From the NCBI GenBank assembly GCA_964016885.1, contig OZ024741.1:404798001-404862000 (forward strand): a stretch of 64,000 nt of DNA, written 5' to 3'. The notes under the pieces are model-generated. The model had not been told where the DNA came from, searched no databases, and saw only the letters and a list, made by a program, of their open reading frames with translations. Below, one piece after another: positions 10,562-24,500 of the stretch (positions within the stretch are counted from its first letter, which is position 1; each line of letters opens with the position of its first letter). The translations under genes were made by a program, and so were the position numbers. Source of the stretch: Eledone cirrhosa (Eukaryota).

Positions 10562-11885
10562 AGGAGAGAACCAGAACTGAATACCTCAGAAGAGTGAAGA
10601 AAATATGGTCATCAGAACTGTCAGCGTACAACAAATACATTGCCCACAATACTTATGCTGTGCCAATTCTAATGCCAACATTTGGCCTGCTGAACTGGTC
10701 ATTGCAAGAACTAAGTGAGATGGATGTTAGAACTCGAAAACTTCTCAGTGTTACTGGGAACTTTAACATCAATGGTGATGTGGATAGGCTATACTTCTCA
10801 CGCAAGTAAGGTGGCCGGGGTCTAAAATCAATATTAACAACATATGAGACCCGGATAGTAACACTGAAGCAACACCTTCAACAGAGGAAAAAGGTTGGCA
10901 ACCATCTTGCCCAGGTTTATGAGCATGAAAAAAAAAATCATTAGAATAGCGACTGATCTGGAGGAGAGATATGGAATAAAGCCTGATCTAAATCTCTCAC
11001 CCAGAGAAATCGGAAGATCCTATTCAATGTTCAAACAAGATAAAAAAAAATTGACCAATTTACAGAAAAAGTTGTGCATGGATACTTGAGGAGTAAAACA
11101 CAGACCATAGAGGGATAAACCACTCAAAAAGCCTGGCATGGAGTTCCGACAAGTTTATGACATCACACCTTGAGGGATATCTCTATGCAATACAGGAACA
11201 AGAACTCCCTACCAAATATCTGCTGCACAAAAGAGGAGGGCCAGCAGCTGACAATAAATGTAGGCTATGTAAAACAAAGATCGAGGATGTAAGCCACATT
11301 GTTGCCAGCTGCGAAAGAATGTCTTCTCGCTACTACCTCCCCATGAGACACGATGGGATAGCTAGAACCATCTGGAACGCACTTCGGAAAACAAAATTAA
11401 CAACAAACGAGGAAGAATATATTGAGACAGATGGCACTAAGGAATACTGGTGGAACCTGAAAATAAAAACTGCCACCAAATTAAAGCACAACCGGCCTGA
11501 TATTGTTGTTTGGGACCACACATTGAAAACGTGTTCTGTTGTGGAGATCAGCTGCCCACTTGATGTAAACGTTGTCAGAAAAATACAGGAGAAGGAGGAC
11601 ATCTACGGACCATTGATGAGGAGTTTACAAATCCAGTATCCAAGATACACCTTTAGCTTCATACCCATCATTATTGGAGCTACGGGTTATATACCAACCC
11701 GCTTGGACCAAAGTATGACTGAACTTGGATTTGCGGACAAAAAGCGCAGCTCCCTAATTCATAGTCTACAAAATTTGCAAAACATTCTTGCGATTCAAGG
11801 AATGACAATTTCTTTTCTTTTACAACCTTGCCACCAGGAAGGTGGCCGGTCAAAAAAAAAATATACTCGAAATTAAGAGAAAGAG
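10557..11885 (+). mobile_element. 5'-truncated R4/Dong-type LINE: RT C-terminus, CCHC finger and restriction-like endonuclease (pseudogenised)
   Basis: Motifs MDVRTRKLL, DVDRLY...GGRGL, AIQEQ, CRLC..H..C, RHD and HNRPDIVVWD...VVEISCP. Stops and frameshifts present. (TACA)n tail. Confidence 0.9.
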
Positions 11886-11923
11886 ATAACATACCTACAT
11901 ACATACATACATATTCTCATACA

Positions 11924-11954
<31 letters not shown>

Positions 11955-11983
11955 TCTCATAGATACTTACATACATACTCTCA

Positions 11984-12014
<31 letters not shown>

Positions 12015-12330
12015 TCTCATACATACATACATACATACATACATATTCTCATTCATACATCAGACTAGCTGGCTACCATCAACAATACAAGTTTCTCCAG
12101 CATATTTCTGTCCTTACATTTTCCTATATTCTTTCTAATATAATTTCCCCCCTACCACCACCACCACAACCACCACCACCACCACTACACCAGCCACTCA
12201 TATCTCTCTATTTTTTCTCCCTCAATATTTAATAAAACTCAACACATTCAGACGTGACACTGAATATGGTTGGAGAGATTTCCAGGCTGCTCTAAAAACC
12301 TGTAACCTCTCATATTCATCTCCAATAAAG

Positions 12331-12648
12331 ATGTAATATTGTCCACAACAACCAATCAAATGTAATATTGTCCACAACAACCAATCAAATGTAATATTGT
12401 CCACAACAACCAATCAAATGTAATATTGTCCACAACAACCAATCAAATGTAATATTGTCCACAACAACCAATCAAATGTAATATTGTCCACAACAACCAA
12501 TCAAATGTAATATTGTCCACAACAACCAATCAAATGTAATATTGTCCACAACAACCAATCAAATGTAATATTGTCCACAACAACCAATCAAATGTAATAT
12601 TGTCCACAACAACCAATCAAATGTAATGTTGTCCACAACAACCAATCA
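12331..12648. repeat. 29-bp minisatellite, about 11 copies
   Basis: Unit ATGTAATATTGTCCACAACAACCAATCAA. Confidence 0.95.
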
Positions 12649-12889
12649 TGAGGTCTTTCTTGGTTTACAGCTCTAAATTACACAAATCATTTCTTTTGTT
12701 TTACATTTTGATGGGATGTTATTGTGGTGGTGGTGGTGGTGGTGGTGGTGGTGGTGGTGGTGGTGGTGGTGGTGGTGGTAATGTTTGTGGTTATTGTTTG
12801 TGTATGTTTGATTTCCCTTCTTATTATTATTATTTTGGCCTTGTGCCAAAATTAGAAACAATTATTATTATTATTATCATTATTATTTT

Positions 12890-13018
12890 CTTATTATTGT
12901 CTTGCCATTGTGCACTTTTACTTAACCTTATTGTAAACCCCCCACTGTCCCTGTCTTTGTATTGCACCCCACATGTTGACCCATGTGGCCAATAAATGAA
13001 ATCATTATTATTATTATC
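12890..13018 (+). mobile_element. 3' UTR remnant of a Tx1/L1-like LINE with an (ATT)n tail
   Basis: TGTAAACCCC...TTTGTATTG...TGTGGCCAATAAATGAAA resembles the 3' UTRs at 46850-46920, 48600-48665 and 51050-51120. Confidence 0.55.
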
Positions 13019-13021
13019 ACG

Positions 13022-13232
13022 GGGCGGTGGATTGGCAGTATTGGTAGAGGGTCGGACGCCATGCTTTGACTATAGAGTTACGGCCCTTGCCATTCTGAGT
13101 TCAAATCCCGCCAAGGTTAACTTTGCCTTTCATCCTTACGGGGTCGATAAAATAAAGTACCAGTAATGCACTGGGTAATTGCTGGCCTTGTGCCTAACGT
13201 AGAAACAATTATTATTATTATCATTATTATTA
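13022..13232 (+). mobile_element. MetaSINE with (ATT)n tail
   Basis: Full head, Meta core and tail. Confidence 0.9.
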
Positions 13233-13722
13233 CAGCTGCATTTATCTTGCTTTATGTTCATACGAGTTATCACCAAGTCACAACCAGTGACCTCAAGAGA
13301 CAACAAGGTCCGCCATGTTCAAGAAAGAACATACATATTCACACATGCATCTTTAGTGTTTAGACTTGTGATGTACTTATATTGACAGAATCTTCCTTAG
13401 TATATGGGCAGTTCCCATTAGTACTATCTTTTGTATTTCTCCTATACGCGGGTTTCCTGGGATTTGCGATAAGTAATCATTAGACCCCTTAGGTATCATT
13501 CCCAGAGCGCCTACAACCACTGGTATTGTTTTAGTTCTCAATTTCCACATTTTTCCAATTTCTATCTCCAGGTCCTTATACTTGCTCAATTTTTCAAATG
13601 TTTTTATAGATACATTCTTGTCTATTGGAACAGACATATCAATTAGCAGGCATACCCTCTTTTTAAAGTCCTTCAATATTATATCAGGTCTATTTGCATC
13701 TATTTTTCGGTCTGTTTGGATG
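13233..13722 (-). mobile_element. R4/Dong-type LINE 3' fragment (REL endonuclease and 3' UTR) between (TAA)n tracts
   Basis: ANRPDIILKD...LLIDMSVP...EKLSKYKDL...IPVVVGALG...GTAHILRKIL. Confidence 0.9.
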
Positions 13723-13758
<36 letters not shown>

Positions 13759-13760
<2 letters not shown>

Positions 13761-15595
13761 TCTTTGAGTCTCAGTCATTGATGTTATTTAACTGGAAAGT
13801 TTGTTGAAATGAATATCAAGCCATTACCTGCAGCCTCAGATATTCAGGACGTATCGGAGGGTTCTTGCAGCAAGTATGCCTTTTGAAGTGTTCCCAAAAG
13901 CGGAGCTGGAATAATCTTTAACCATCCTTGGAAACTCCTTCAGATAGTACCTAGTACGTCTATGACAATCTGGACGACCTTTATTTCATGGCAATTCCAA
14001 ATCCTTTTTAACTCCCACTTTAAATCCTATTATCGGTTAATTTTCTCCCTCTCCTTCTCTTGCACTCTCGTGTCAAATGGGCAGGTTACATCTACAATCA
14101 GGCACGATCCTTTTTCCTTGTCCAACACCACCAGGTCAGGCCTATTGTGTTCTAATTTCTTGTCCGTATGTATCCTAAAATGCCAGAGCACCTTCACCTG
14201 ATCGTTTTCTATCACCGACTCTGGCTTATGCTCATACCACTTCTCAGAATGTGGTAAATTGTTTACTTTGCATAGATGCCAGTGGATCACCCTGCCTATC
14301 ACACATGTCTCCAGCCTTTATAGTGAGTCTGGGCTAGGTGTTTACACTCGGATACAATGTGAGCCACAGTCTCCTCTCTCTCTCTCTCCACAGATCCTAC
14401 ACAGTGAGCTAGCCTCCTCCTTATCAATATGGTGTTTCACCCACTTCGTTCTGAAGGCCTGCTCTTGCGCAGCCATTAGCATTCCTTCTGTAGCTTTTTT
14501 AAGGTCTCCTCTTTTTAACCAGTTCCATGTCTGCGGATCTCTAAATTCCGTGTTCTTAAAGAAGGTACTATGGAGAGATTTTTCATGAAGGTTGCTCTTC
14601 CTGCTTGTTGTTATTTCCTCCTTGGACATCTCCCGGTCTATTGTCTTCTCCTTCAGTACAATTTTGAGCATTCGCTCCCTACTATCAATCACATATTTGT
14701 TTAGGTTGTTTTTCTCCATCTGAACACAGTCCTCTATGCTGATAAGACCCCTTCCACCTTCAGATCTCCTTAAGTAGAGTCTATCGACATCACTCCTCTT
14801 GTGGAACATGTTGTAGATAGTCAATAGCTTCCTAGTCTTCCTATCCATTTCTTTTTGTTCAGCAACATTCCATCTCAGAATTCCCGCACTGTACCTAATA
14901 ATAGACACAGCTCGGGAATTTACTGCACTTATGACATTCCTACTATTTAGATGTGATTTTAATACGCTCCTTACTCTCCTTATGTACTCAGATCTTATCA
15001 ATTCCTTCATTTTTTTGTTCTTGATGTCATCTGCCTCCAGAACACCTAAATATTTGTATCCTTCTTCAGTGTCAATTTCCTTTATCATCTCACCTGTTGG
15101 TACCTGGATTCCGTTGCTTCTGTTCAATTTACCCCTCTTCATCACTAGCACTCCACAGTTATTAATACCAAATTCCATACATATATCATTGCTGAAAATA
15201 CGGACAGTGTCAACAAGTACATCCAACTCCTTCTCACTCTTCCCAAAGAGCTTAAGATCGTCCATGAAGAGGAGATGGTTGATGGTAAGCTCTCTTTTTC
15301 CCAACTTGTATCCTGCTCTTACTTTTCGCAATATAACGGACAGGGGTATCAGGGCAAGGACAAACAACAGAGGGGACAAACTATCTCCCTGGAAGATACC
15401 TCTCTTGATCTTCACGCTTCCCAATGATTCTCCACCCGATGTTAACTCTGTTTCCCAGGACTTCATACTTTTGCTCAACAACTGTCTGATGTTATTTGCA
15501 CCTTGAAGATCTCTAGGCTTTTGGTTATCCAAGAAGGATGTACCATGTCGAATGCCTTTTGGTAATCTATCCATCCCATGGCAAGACCAGTGTAG
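13759..15595 (-). mobile_element. 5'-truncated R4/Dong-type LINE (RT, zinc finger, REL) with (TAA)n tail
   Basis: Motifs WIDYQKAFDMV, RGIFQGDSLSPLLF, HLLFMDDLKLF, YKYLG, GGRGL, AAQEQ, CRIC and HNRPDLVVLD...IVDVTCP. Several frameshifts. Confidence 0.95.
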
Positions 15596-18500
15596 TTGAT
15601 AGTGGTGGTTGTGTTGGTAGTGGTGGTAGTGGTGGTTGGGTTGGTAGTGGTGGTAGTGGTGGTTGTGTTGGTAGTGGTGGTTGTGATGGTAGTGGTGATT
15701 GTGTTGGTAGTGGTGGTTGTGTTGGTAGTGGTGGTTGTGTTGGTTGTGGTGGTTGTGATGGTAGTGGTGGTTGTGTTGGTAGTGGTGGTTGTGATGGTAG
15801 TAGTGGTTGTGGTGGTTGTGTTGGTAGTGGTGGTAGTCGTGGTTGTGTTGGTAGTGGTGGTAGTGGTGGTTGTGTTGGTAGTGGTGGTTGTGATGGTAGT
15901 GGTGATTGTGTTGGTAGTGGTGGTTGTGTTGGTAGTGGTGGTTGTGTTGGTTGTGGTGGTTGTGATGGTAGTGGTGGTTGTGTTGGTAGTGGTGGTTGTG
16001 ATGGTAGTAGTGGTTGTGGTGGTTGTGTTGGTAGTGGTGGTAGTCGTGGTTGTGTTGGTAGTGGTGGTTGTGATGGTAGTGGTGGTTGTGTTGGTAGTGG
16101 TGGTTGTGTTGGTAGTGGTGGTTGTGGGGGTTGTGGTGGTAGTGGTGGTTGTGATGGTAGTGGTGGTTGTGTTGGTAGTGGTGGTTGTGTTGGTAGTAGT
16201 GGTTGTGTTGGTAGTAGTGGTTGTGTTGGTAGTGGTGGTTGTGTTGGTAGTGGTGGTTGTGTTGGTAGTGGTGGTTGTGTTGGTAGTGGTGGTTGTGATG
16301 GTAGTAGTGGTTGTGGTGGTTGTGTTGGTAGTGGTGGTAGTCGTGGTTGTGTTGGTAGTGGTGGTAGTGGTGGTTGTGTTGGTAGTGGTGGTTGTGATGG
16401 TAGTGGTGATTGTGTTGGTAGTGGTGGTTGTGTTGGTAGTGGTGGTTGTGTTGGTTGTGGTGGTTGTGATGGTAGTGGTGGTTGTGTTGGTAGTGGTGGT
16501 TGTGATGGTAGTAGTGGTTGTGGTGGTTGTGTTGGTAGTGGTGGTAGTCGTGGTTGTGTTGGTAGTGGTGGTTGTGATGGTAGTGGTGGTTGTGTTGGTA
16601 GTGGTGGTTGTGTTGGTAGTGGTGGTTGTGGGGGTTGTGGTGGTAGTGGTGGTTGTGATGGTAGTGGTGGTTGTGTTGGTAGTGGTGGTTGTGTTGGTAG
16701 TAGTGGTTGTGTTGGTAGTAGTGGTTGTGTTGGTAGTGGTGGTTGTGTTGGTAGTGGTGGTTGTGTTGGTAGTGGTCGTTGTGTTGGTAGTGGTGGTTGT
16801 GATGGTAGTAGTGGTTGTGGTGGTTGTGTTGGTAGTGGTGGTAGTCGTGGTTGTGTTGGTAGTGGTGGTTGTGATGGTAATAGTGGTTGTGTTGGTAGTG
16901 GTGGTTGTGTTGGTAGTGGTGGCTGTGTTGGTAGTGGTGGTAGTGGTCGTTGTGTTGGTAGTGGTGGTTGTGATGGTAGTAGTGGTTGTGGTGGTTGTGT
17001 TGGTAGTGGTTGTAGTCGTGGTTGTGTTGGTAGTGGTGGTTGTGTTGGTAGTGGTGGTTGTGATGCTAGTGGTGGTTGTGTTGGTAGTGTTGGTAGTGGT
17101 GGTTGTGATGGTAGTAGTGGTTGTGGTGGTTGCGTTGGTAGTGGTGGTTGTGTTGGTAGTGGTGGTAGTGGTGGTTGTGTTGGTAGTGGTGGTAGTGGTG
17201 GTTGTGGTGGTAGTGGTGGTTGTGATGATAGTGGTGGTTGTGTTGGTAGTGGTGGTAGTGGTGGTAGTGGTGGTTGTGTTGGTAGTGGTGGTAGTTGTGG
17301 TTGTGTTGGTAGTGGTGGTTGAGTTGGTAGTGGTGGTAGTGGTGGTTGTGTTGGTAGTGGTGGTTGTGTTGGTAGTGGTGGTTGTGTTGGTAGAGGTGGT
17401 AGTGGTGGTTGTGGTGGTAGTGGTGGTTGTGTTGGTAGTGGTGGTTGTGTTGGTAGTGGTGGTAGTGGTGGTTGTGGTGGTAGTGGTGGTTGTGATGATA
17501 GTGGTGGTTGTGTTGGTAGTGGTGGTTGTGTTGGTAGTGGTGGTTGTGTTGGTAGTGGTGGTAGTGGTGGTTGTGGTGGTTGTGATGGTAGTGGTGGTTG
17601 TGGTGGTTGAGTTGGTAGTGTTGGTTGTGTTGGTAGTGGTGGTAGTGGTGGTCGTGGTGGTAGTGGTGGTTGTGGTGGTAGTGGTGGTTGTGTTGGTAGT
17701 GGTGGTTGTGTTGGTAGTGGTGGTAGTGGTGGTTGTGGTGGTTGTGATGGTAGTGGTGGTTGTGGTGGTTGAGTTGGTAGTGTTGGTTGTGTTGGTAGTG
17801 GTGGTAGTGGTGGTTGTGGTGGTTGTGGTGGTGGTTGTCTTTGTAGTGGTGGTTGTGATGGTAGTGGTGATTGTGTTGGTAGTGGTGGTAGTGGTGGTTG
17901 TGGTGGTAGTGGTGGTTGTGATGGTAGTGGTGGTTGTGTTGGTAGTGGTGGTAGTGGTGGTTGTGGTGGTAGTGGTGGTTGTGATGGTAGTGGTGGTTGT
18001 GTTGGTAGTGGTGGTTGTGTTGGTAGTGGTGGTAGTGGTGGTTGTGGTGGTTGTGGTGGTTGTCATGGTAGTGGTGGTTGTGTTGGTAGTGGTGGTAGTT
18101 GTGGTAGTGGTGGATCTGTTGGTAGTGGTGGTTGTGGTGGTTGTCATGGTAGTGGTGGTTGTCATAGTAGTGGTGGTTGTGTTGGTTGTGGTGGTAGTTG
18201 TGGTTGTGATGGTAGTGGTTGTTGTGTTGGTAGTGGTGGTTGTGATGGTAGTGGTGGTTGTGGTGGTAGTGGCGGTTGTGATGGTAGTGGTGGATATGTT
18301 GGTAGTGTTGGTTGTGTTGGTAGTGGTGGTTGTGTTGGTAGTGGTGGTTGTGATGGTAGTGGTGGTTGTGTTGGTAGTGGTGGTTGTGATGGTAGTGGTG
18401 GTTGTGTTGGTAGTGGTGGTAGTGGTGGTTGTGGTGGTTGTGATGGTAGTGGTGGTTGTGGTGGTTGAGTTGGTAGTGTTGGTTGTGTTGGTAGTGGTGG

Positions 18501-21500
18501 TAGTGGTGGTTGTGGTAGTTGTGGTGGTTGTGATGATAGTGGTGGTTGTATTGGTAGTGGTGGTTGTGTTGGTAGTGGTGGTTGTGATGTTAGTGGTGGT
18601 TGTGATAGTAGTGGTAGTAGTTGTGGTTGTGGTGGTAGTGGTGGTTGTGATGGTAGTGGTGGTTGTGGTGGTAGTGGTGGTTGTGATGGTAGTGGTGGTT
18701 GTGTTGTAGTGGTGGTTGTGTTGATAGTGGTGGTAGTGGTGGTTGTGTTTGTAGTGGTGGTTGTGATGGTAGTGGTGATTGTGTTGGTAGTGGTGGTAGT
18801 GGTGGTTGTGGTGGTAGTGGTGGTTGTGATGGTAGTGGTGGTTGTGTTGGTAGTGGTGGTTGTGTTGGTAGTGGTGGTAGTGGTGGTTGTGGTGGTTGTG
18901 GTGGTTGTCATGGTAGTGGTGGTTGTGTTGGTAGTGGTGGTATTTGTGGTAGTGGTGGATCTGTTGGTAGTGGTGGTTGTGGTGGTTGTCATGGTAGTGG
19001 TGGTTGTCATGGTAGTGGTGGTTGTGTTGGTTGTGGTGGTAGTTGTGGTTGTGATGGTAGTGGTTGTTGTGTTGGTAGTGGTGGTTGTGATGGTAGTGGT
19101 GGTTGTGGTGGTAGTGGCGGTTGTGATGGTAGTGGTGGATATGTTGGTAGTGTTGGTTGTGTTGGTAGTGGTGGTTGTGTTGGTAGTGGTGGTTGTGACG
19201 GTAGTGGTGGTTGTGAGGGTAGTGGAGGTTGTGGTGGGAGTGGCGGTTGTGATGGTTGGTGGATGTGTTGGTAGTGTTGGTTGTGTTGGTAGTGGTGGTT
19301 GTGTTGGTAGTGGTGGTTGTGATGGTAGTGGTGGTTGTGTTGGTAGTGGTGGTTGTGATGGTAGTGGTGGTTGTGTTGGTAGTGGTGGTTGTGTTGGTAG
19401 TGGTGGTAGTGGTGGTTGTGGTGGTTGTGGTGGTTGTCATGGTAGTGGTAGTTGTGTTGGTAGTGGTGGTAGTTGTGGTAGTGGTGGATCTGTTGGTAGT
19501 GGTGGTAGTGGTGGTTGTGGTGGTAGTGGTGGTAGTGGTGGTAGTGGTGGTTGTGGTGGTTGAGTTGGTAGTGGTGGTTGTGTTGGTAGTGTTGGTTGTG
19601 TTGGTAGTGGTGGTTGTGATGGTAGTGGTGGTTGTGTTGGTAGTGGTGGTAGTGGTGGTTGTGGTGGTAGTGGTGGTTGTGATGGTCGTGGTGGTTGTGT
19701 TGGTAGTGGTGGTTGTGTTGGTAGTGGTGGTAGTGGTGGTTGTGGTGGTTTTGGTGGTTGTCATGGTAGTGGTAGTTGTGTTGGTAGTGGTGGTAGTTGT
19801 GGTAGTGGTGGATCTGTTGGTAGTGGTGGTTGTGGTGGTTGTCATGGTAGTGGTGGTTGTCATGGTAGTGGTGGTTGTGTTGGTTGTTGTGGTAGTTGTG
19901 GTTGTGATGGTAGTGGTTGTTGTGTTGGTAGTGGTGGTTGTGATGGTAGTGGTGGTTGTGGTGGTAGTGGCGGTTGTGATGGTAGTGGTGGGTGTGTTGG
20001 TAGTGTTGGTTGTGTTGGTAGTGGTGGTTGTGTTGGTAGTGGTGGTTGTGATGGTAGTGGTGGTTGTGTTGGTAGTGGTGGTTGTGATGGTAGTGGTGGT
20101 TGTGTTGGTAGTGGTGGTAGTGGCGGTTGTGGTGGTTGTGATGGTAGTGGTGGTTGTGATAGTAGTGGTAGTAGTTGTGGTTGTGGTGGTAGTGGTGGTT
20201 GTGGTGGTTGAGTTGGTAGTGGTGGTTGTGTTGGTAGTGTTGGTTGTGTTGGTAGGGGTGGTTGTGATGGTAGTGGTGGTTGTGTTGGTAGTGGTGGTAT
20301 TGGTGGTTGTGGTGGTTGTGATGGTAGTGGTGGTTGTGGTGGTTGAGTTGGTAGTGTTGGTTGTGTTGGTAGTGGTGGTAGTGGTGGTTGTGGTGGTTGT
20401 GGTGGTTGTCATGATAGTGGTGGTTGTATTGGTAGTGGTGGTTGTGTTGGTAGTGGTGGTTGTGATGTTAGTGGTGGTTGTGATAGTAGTGGTAGTAGTT
20501 GTGGTTGTGGTGGTAGTGGTGGTTGTGATGGTAGTCGTGGTTGTAGTGGTAGTTGTGGTTGTGATGGTAGTGGTGGTTGTGTTGTAGTGGTGGTTGTGTT
20601 TATAGTGGTGGTAGTGGTGGTTGTGTTTGTAGTGGTGGTTGTGATGGTAGTGGTGATTGTGTTGGTAGTGGTGGTAGTGGTGGTTGTGGTGGTAGTGGTG
20701 GTTGTGATGGTAGTGGTGGTTGTGTTGGTAGTGGTGGTAGTGGTGGTTGTGGTGGTAGTGGTGGTTGTGATGGTAGTGCTGGTTGTGTTGGTAGTGGTGG
20801 TTGTGTTGGCAGTGGTGGTAGTGGTGGTTGTGGTGGTTGTGGTGGTTGTCATGGTAGTGGTGGTTGTGTTGGTAGTGGTGGTAGTTGTGGTAGTGGTGGA
20901 TCTGTTGGTAGTGGTGGTTGTGGTGGTTGTCATGGTAGTGGTGGTTGTCATGGTAGTGGTGGTTGTGTTGGTTGTGGTGGTAGTTGTGGTTGTGATGGTA
21001 GTGGTTGTTGTGTTGGTAGTGGTGGTTGTGATGGTAGTGGTGGTTGTGGTGGTAGTGGCGGTTGTGATGGTAGTGGTGGATATGTTGGTAGTGTTGGTTG
21101 TGTTGGTAGTGGTGGTTGTGTTGGTAGTGGTGGTTGTGACGGTAGTGGTGGTTGTGTTGGTAGTGGTGGTTGTGATGGTAGTGGTGGTTGTGTTGGTAGT
21201 GGTGGTAGTGGTGGTTGTGGTGGTTGTGATGGTAGTGGTGGTTGTGGTGGTTGAGTTGGTAGTGTTGGTTGTGTTGGTAGTGGTGGTAATGGTGGTTGTG
21301 GTGGTTGTGGTGGTCGTGATGATAGTGGTGGTTGTATTGGTAGTGGTGGTTGTGTTGGTAGTGGTGGTTGTGATGTTAGTGGTGGTTGTGATAGTAGTGG
21401 TAGTAGTTGTGGTTGTGGTGGTAGTGGTGGTTGTGATGGTAGTGGTGGTTGTGGTGGTAGTGGTGGTTGTGATGGTAGTGGTGGTTGTGTTGTAGTGGTG

Positions 21501-24500
21501 GTTGTGTTGATAGTGGTGGTAGTGGTGGTTGTGTTTGTAGTGGTGGTTTTGATGGTAGTGGTGATTGTGTTGGTAGTGGTGGTAGTGGTGGTTGTGGTGG
21601 TAGTGGTGATTGTGATGGTAGTGGTGGTTGTGCTGGTAGTGGTGGTTGTGTTGGTAGTGGTGGTAGTGGTGGTTGTGGTGGTTGTGGTGGTTGTCATGGT
21701 AGTGGTGGTTGTGTTGGTAGTGGTGGTAGTTGTGGTAGTGGTGGATCTGTTGGTAGTGGTGGTTGTGGTGGTTGTCATGGTAGTGGTGGTTGTCATGGTA
21801 GTGGTGGTTGTGTTGGTTGTGGTGGTAGTTGTGGTTGTGATGGTAGTGGTTGTTGTGTTGGTAGTGGTGGTTGTGATGGTAGTGGTGGTTGTGGTGGTAG
21901 TGGCGGTTGTGATGGTTGGTGGATGTATTGGTAGTGTTGGTTGTGTTGGTAGTGGTGGTTGACTTGGTAGTGGTGGTTGTGATGGTAGTGGTGGTTGTGT
22001 TGGTAGTGGTGGTAGTGGTGGTTGTGGTGGTAGTGGTGGTTGTGATGGTAGTGGTGGTTGTGTTGGTAGTGGTGGTTGTGTTGGTAGTGGTGGTAGTGGT
22101 GGTTGTGGTGGTTGTGGTGGTTGTCATGGTAGTGGTGGTTGTGTTGGTAGTGGTGGTATTTGTGGTAGTGGTGGATCTGTTGGTAGTGGTGGTTGTGGTG
22201 GTTGTCATGGTAGTGGTGGTTGTCATGGTAGTGGTGGTTGTGTTGGTTGTGGTGGTAGTTGTGGTTGTGATGGTAGTGGTTGTTGTGTTGGTAGTGGTGG
22301 TTGTGATGGTAGTGGAGGTTGTGGTGGGAGTGGCGGTTGTGATGGTTGGTGGATGTGTTGGTAGTGTTGGTTGTGTTGGTAGTGGCGGTTGTGTTGGTAG
22401 TGGTGGTTGTGATGGTAGTGGTGGTTGTGTTGGTAGTGGTGGTTGTGATGGTAGTGGTGGTTGTGTTGGTAGTGGTGGTTGTGTTGGTAGTGGTGGTAGT
22501 GGTGGTTGTGGTGGTTGTGGTGGTTGTCATGGTAGTGGTAGTTGTGTTGGTAGTGGTGGTAGTTGTGGTAGTGGTGGATCTGTTGGTAGTGGTGGTAGTG
22601 GTGGTTGTGGTGGTAGTGGTGGTAGTGGTGGTAGTGGTGGTTGTGGTGGTTGAGTTGGTAGTGGTGGTTGTGTTGGTAGTGTTGGTTGTGTTGGTAGTGG
22701 TGGTTGTGATGGTAGTGGTGGTTGTGTTGGTAGTGGTGGTAGTGGTGGTTGTGGTGGTAGTGGTGGTTGTGATGGTCGTGGTGGTTGTGTTGGTAGTGGT
22801 GGTTGTGTTGGTAGTGGTGGTAGTGGTGGTTGTGGTGGTTTTGGTGGTTGTCATGGTAGTGGTAGTTGTGTTGGTAGTGGTGGTAGTTGTGGTAGTGGTG
22901 GATCTGTTGGTAGTGGTGGTTGTGGTGGTTGTCATGGTAGTGGTGGTTGTCATGGTAGTGGTGGTTGTGTTGGTTGTTGTGGTAGTTGTGGTTGTGATGG
23001 TAGTGGTTGTTGTGTTGGTAGTGGTGGTTGTGATGGTAGTGGTGGTTGTGGTGGTAGTGGCGGTTGTGATGGTAGTGGTGGGTGTGTTGGTAGTGTTGGT
23101 TGTGTTGGTAGTGTTGGTTGTGTTGGTAGTGGTGGTTGTGATGGTAGTGGTGGTTGTGTTGGTAGTGGTGGTTGTGATGGTAGTGGTGGTTGTGTTGGTA
23201 GTGGTGGTAGTGGCGGTTGTGGTGGTTGTGATGGTAGTGGTGGTTGTGATAGTAGTGGTAGTAGTTGTGGTTGTGGTGGTAGTGGTGGTTGTGGTGGTTG
23301 AGTTGGTAGTGGTGGTTGTGTTGGTAGTGTTGGTTGTGTTGGTAGGGGTGGTTGTGATGGTAGTGGTGGTTGTGTTGGTAGTGGTGGTATTGGTGGTTGT
23401 GGTGGTTGTGATGGTAGTGGTGGTTGTGGTGGTTGAGTTGGTAGTGTTGGTTGTGTTGGTAGTGGTGGTAGTGGTGGTTGTGGTGGTTGTGGTGGTTGTC
23501 ATGATAGTGGTGGTTGTATTGGTAGTGGTGGTTGTGTTGGTAGTGGTGGTTGTGATGTTAGTGGTGGTTGTGATAGTAGTGGTAGTAGTTGTGGTTGTGG
23601 TGGTAGTGGTGGTTGTGATGGTAGTCGTGGTTGTAGTGGTAGTTGTGGTTGTGATGGTAGTGGTGGTTGTGTTGTACTGGTGGTTGTGTTGATAGTGGTG
23701 GTAGTGGTGGTTGTGTTTGTAGTGGTGGTTGTGATGGTAGTGGTGATTGTGTTGGTAGTGGTGGTAGTGGTGGTTGTGGTGGTAGTGGTGGTTGTGATGG
23801 TAGTGGTGGTTGTGTTGGTAGTGGTGGTAGTGGTGGTTGTGGTGGTAGTGGTGGTTGTGATGGTAGTGCTGGTTGTGTTGGTAGTGGTGGTTGTGTTGGC
23901 AGTGGTGGTAGTGGTGGTTGTGGTGGTTGTGGTGGTTGTCATGGTAGTGGTGGTTGTGTTGGTAGTGGTGGTAGTTGTGGTAGTGGTGGATCTGTTGGTA
24001 GTGGTGGTTGTGGTGGTTGTCATGGTAGTGGTGGTTGTCATGGTAGTGGTGGTTGTGTTGGTTGTGGTGGTAGTTGTGGTTGTGATGGTAGTGGTTGTTG
24101 TGTTGGTAGTGGTGGTTGTGATGGTAGTGGTGGTTGTGGTGGTAGTGGCGGTTGTGATGGTAGTGGTGGATATGTTGGTAGTGTTGGTTGTGTTGGTAGT
24201 GGTGGTTGTGTTGGTAGTGGTGGTTGTGACGGTAGTGGTGGTTGTGTTGGTAGTGGTGGTTGTGATGGTAGTGGTGGTTGTGTTGGTAGTGGTGGTAGTG
24301 GTGGTTGTGGTGGTTGTGATGGTAGTGGTGGTTGTGGTGGTTGAGTTGGTAGTGTTGGTTGTGTTGGTAGTGGTGGTAATGGTGGTTGTGGTGGTTGTGG
24401 TGGTCGTGATGATAGTGGTGGTTGTATTGGTAGTGGTGGTTGTGTTGGTAGTGGTGGTTGTGATGTTAGTGGTGGTTGTGATAGTAGTGGTAGTAGTTGT

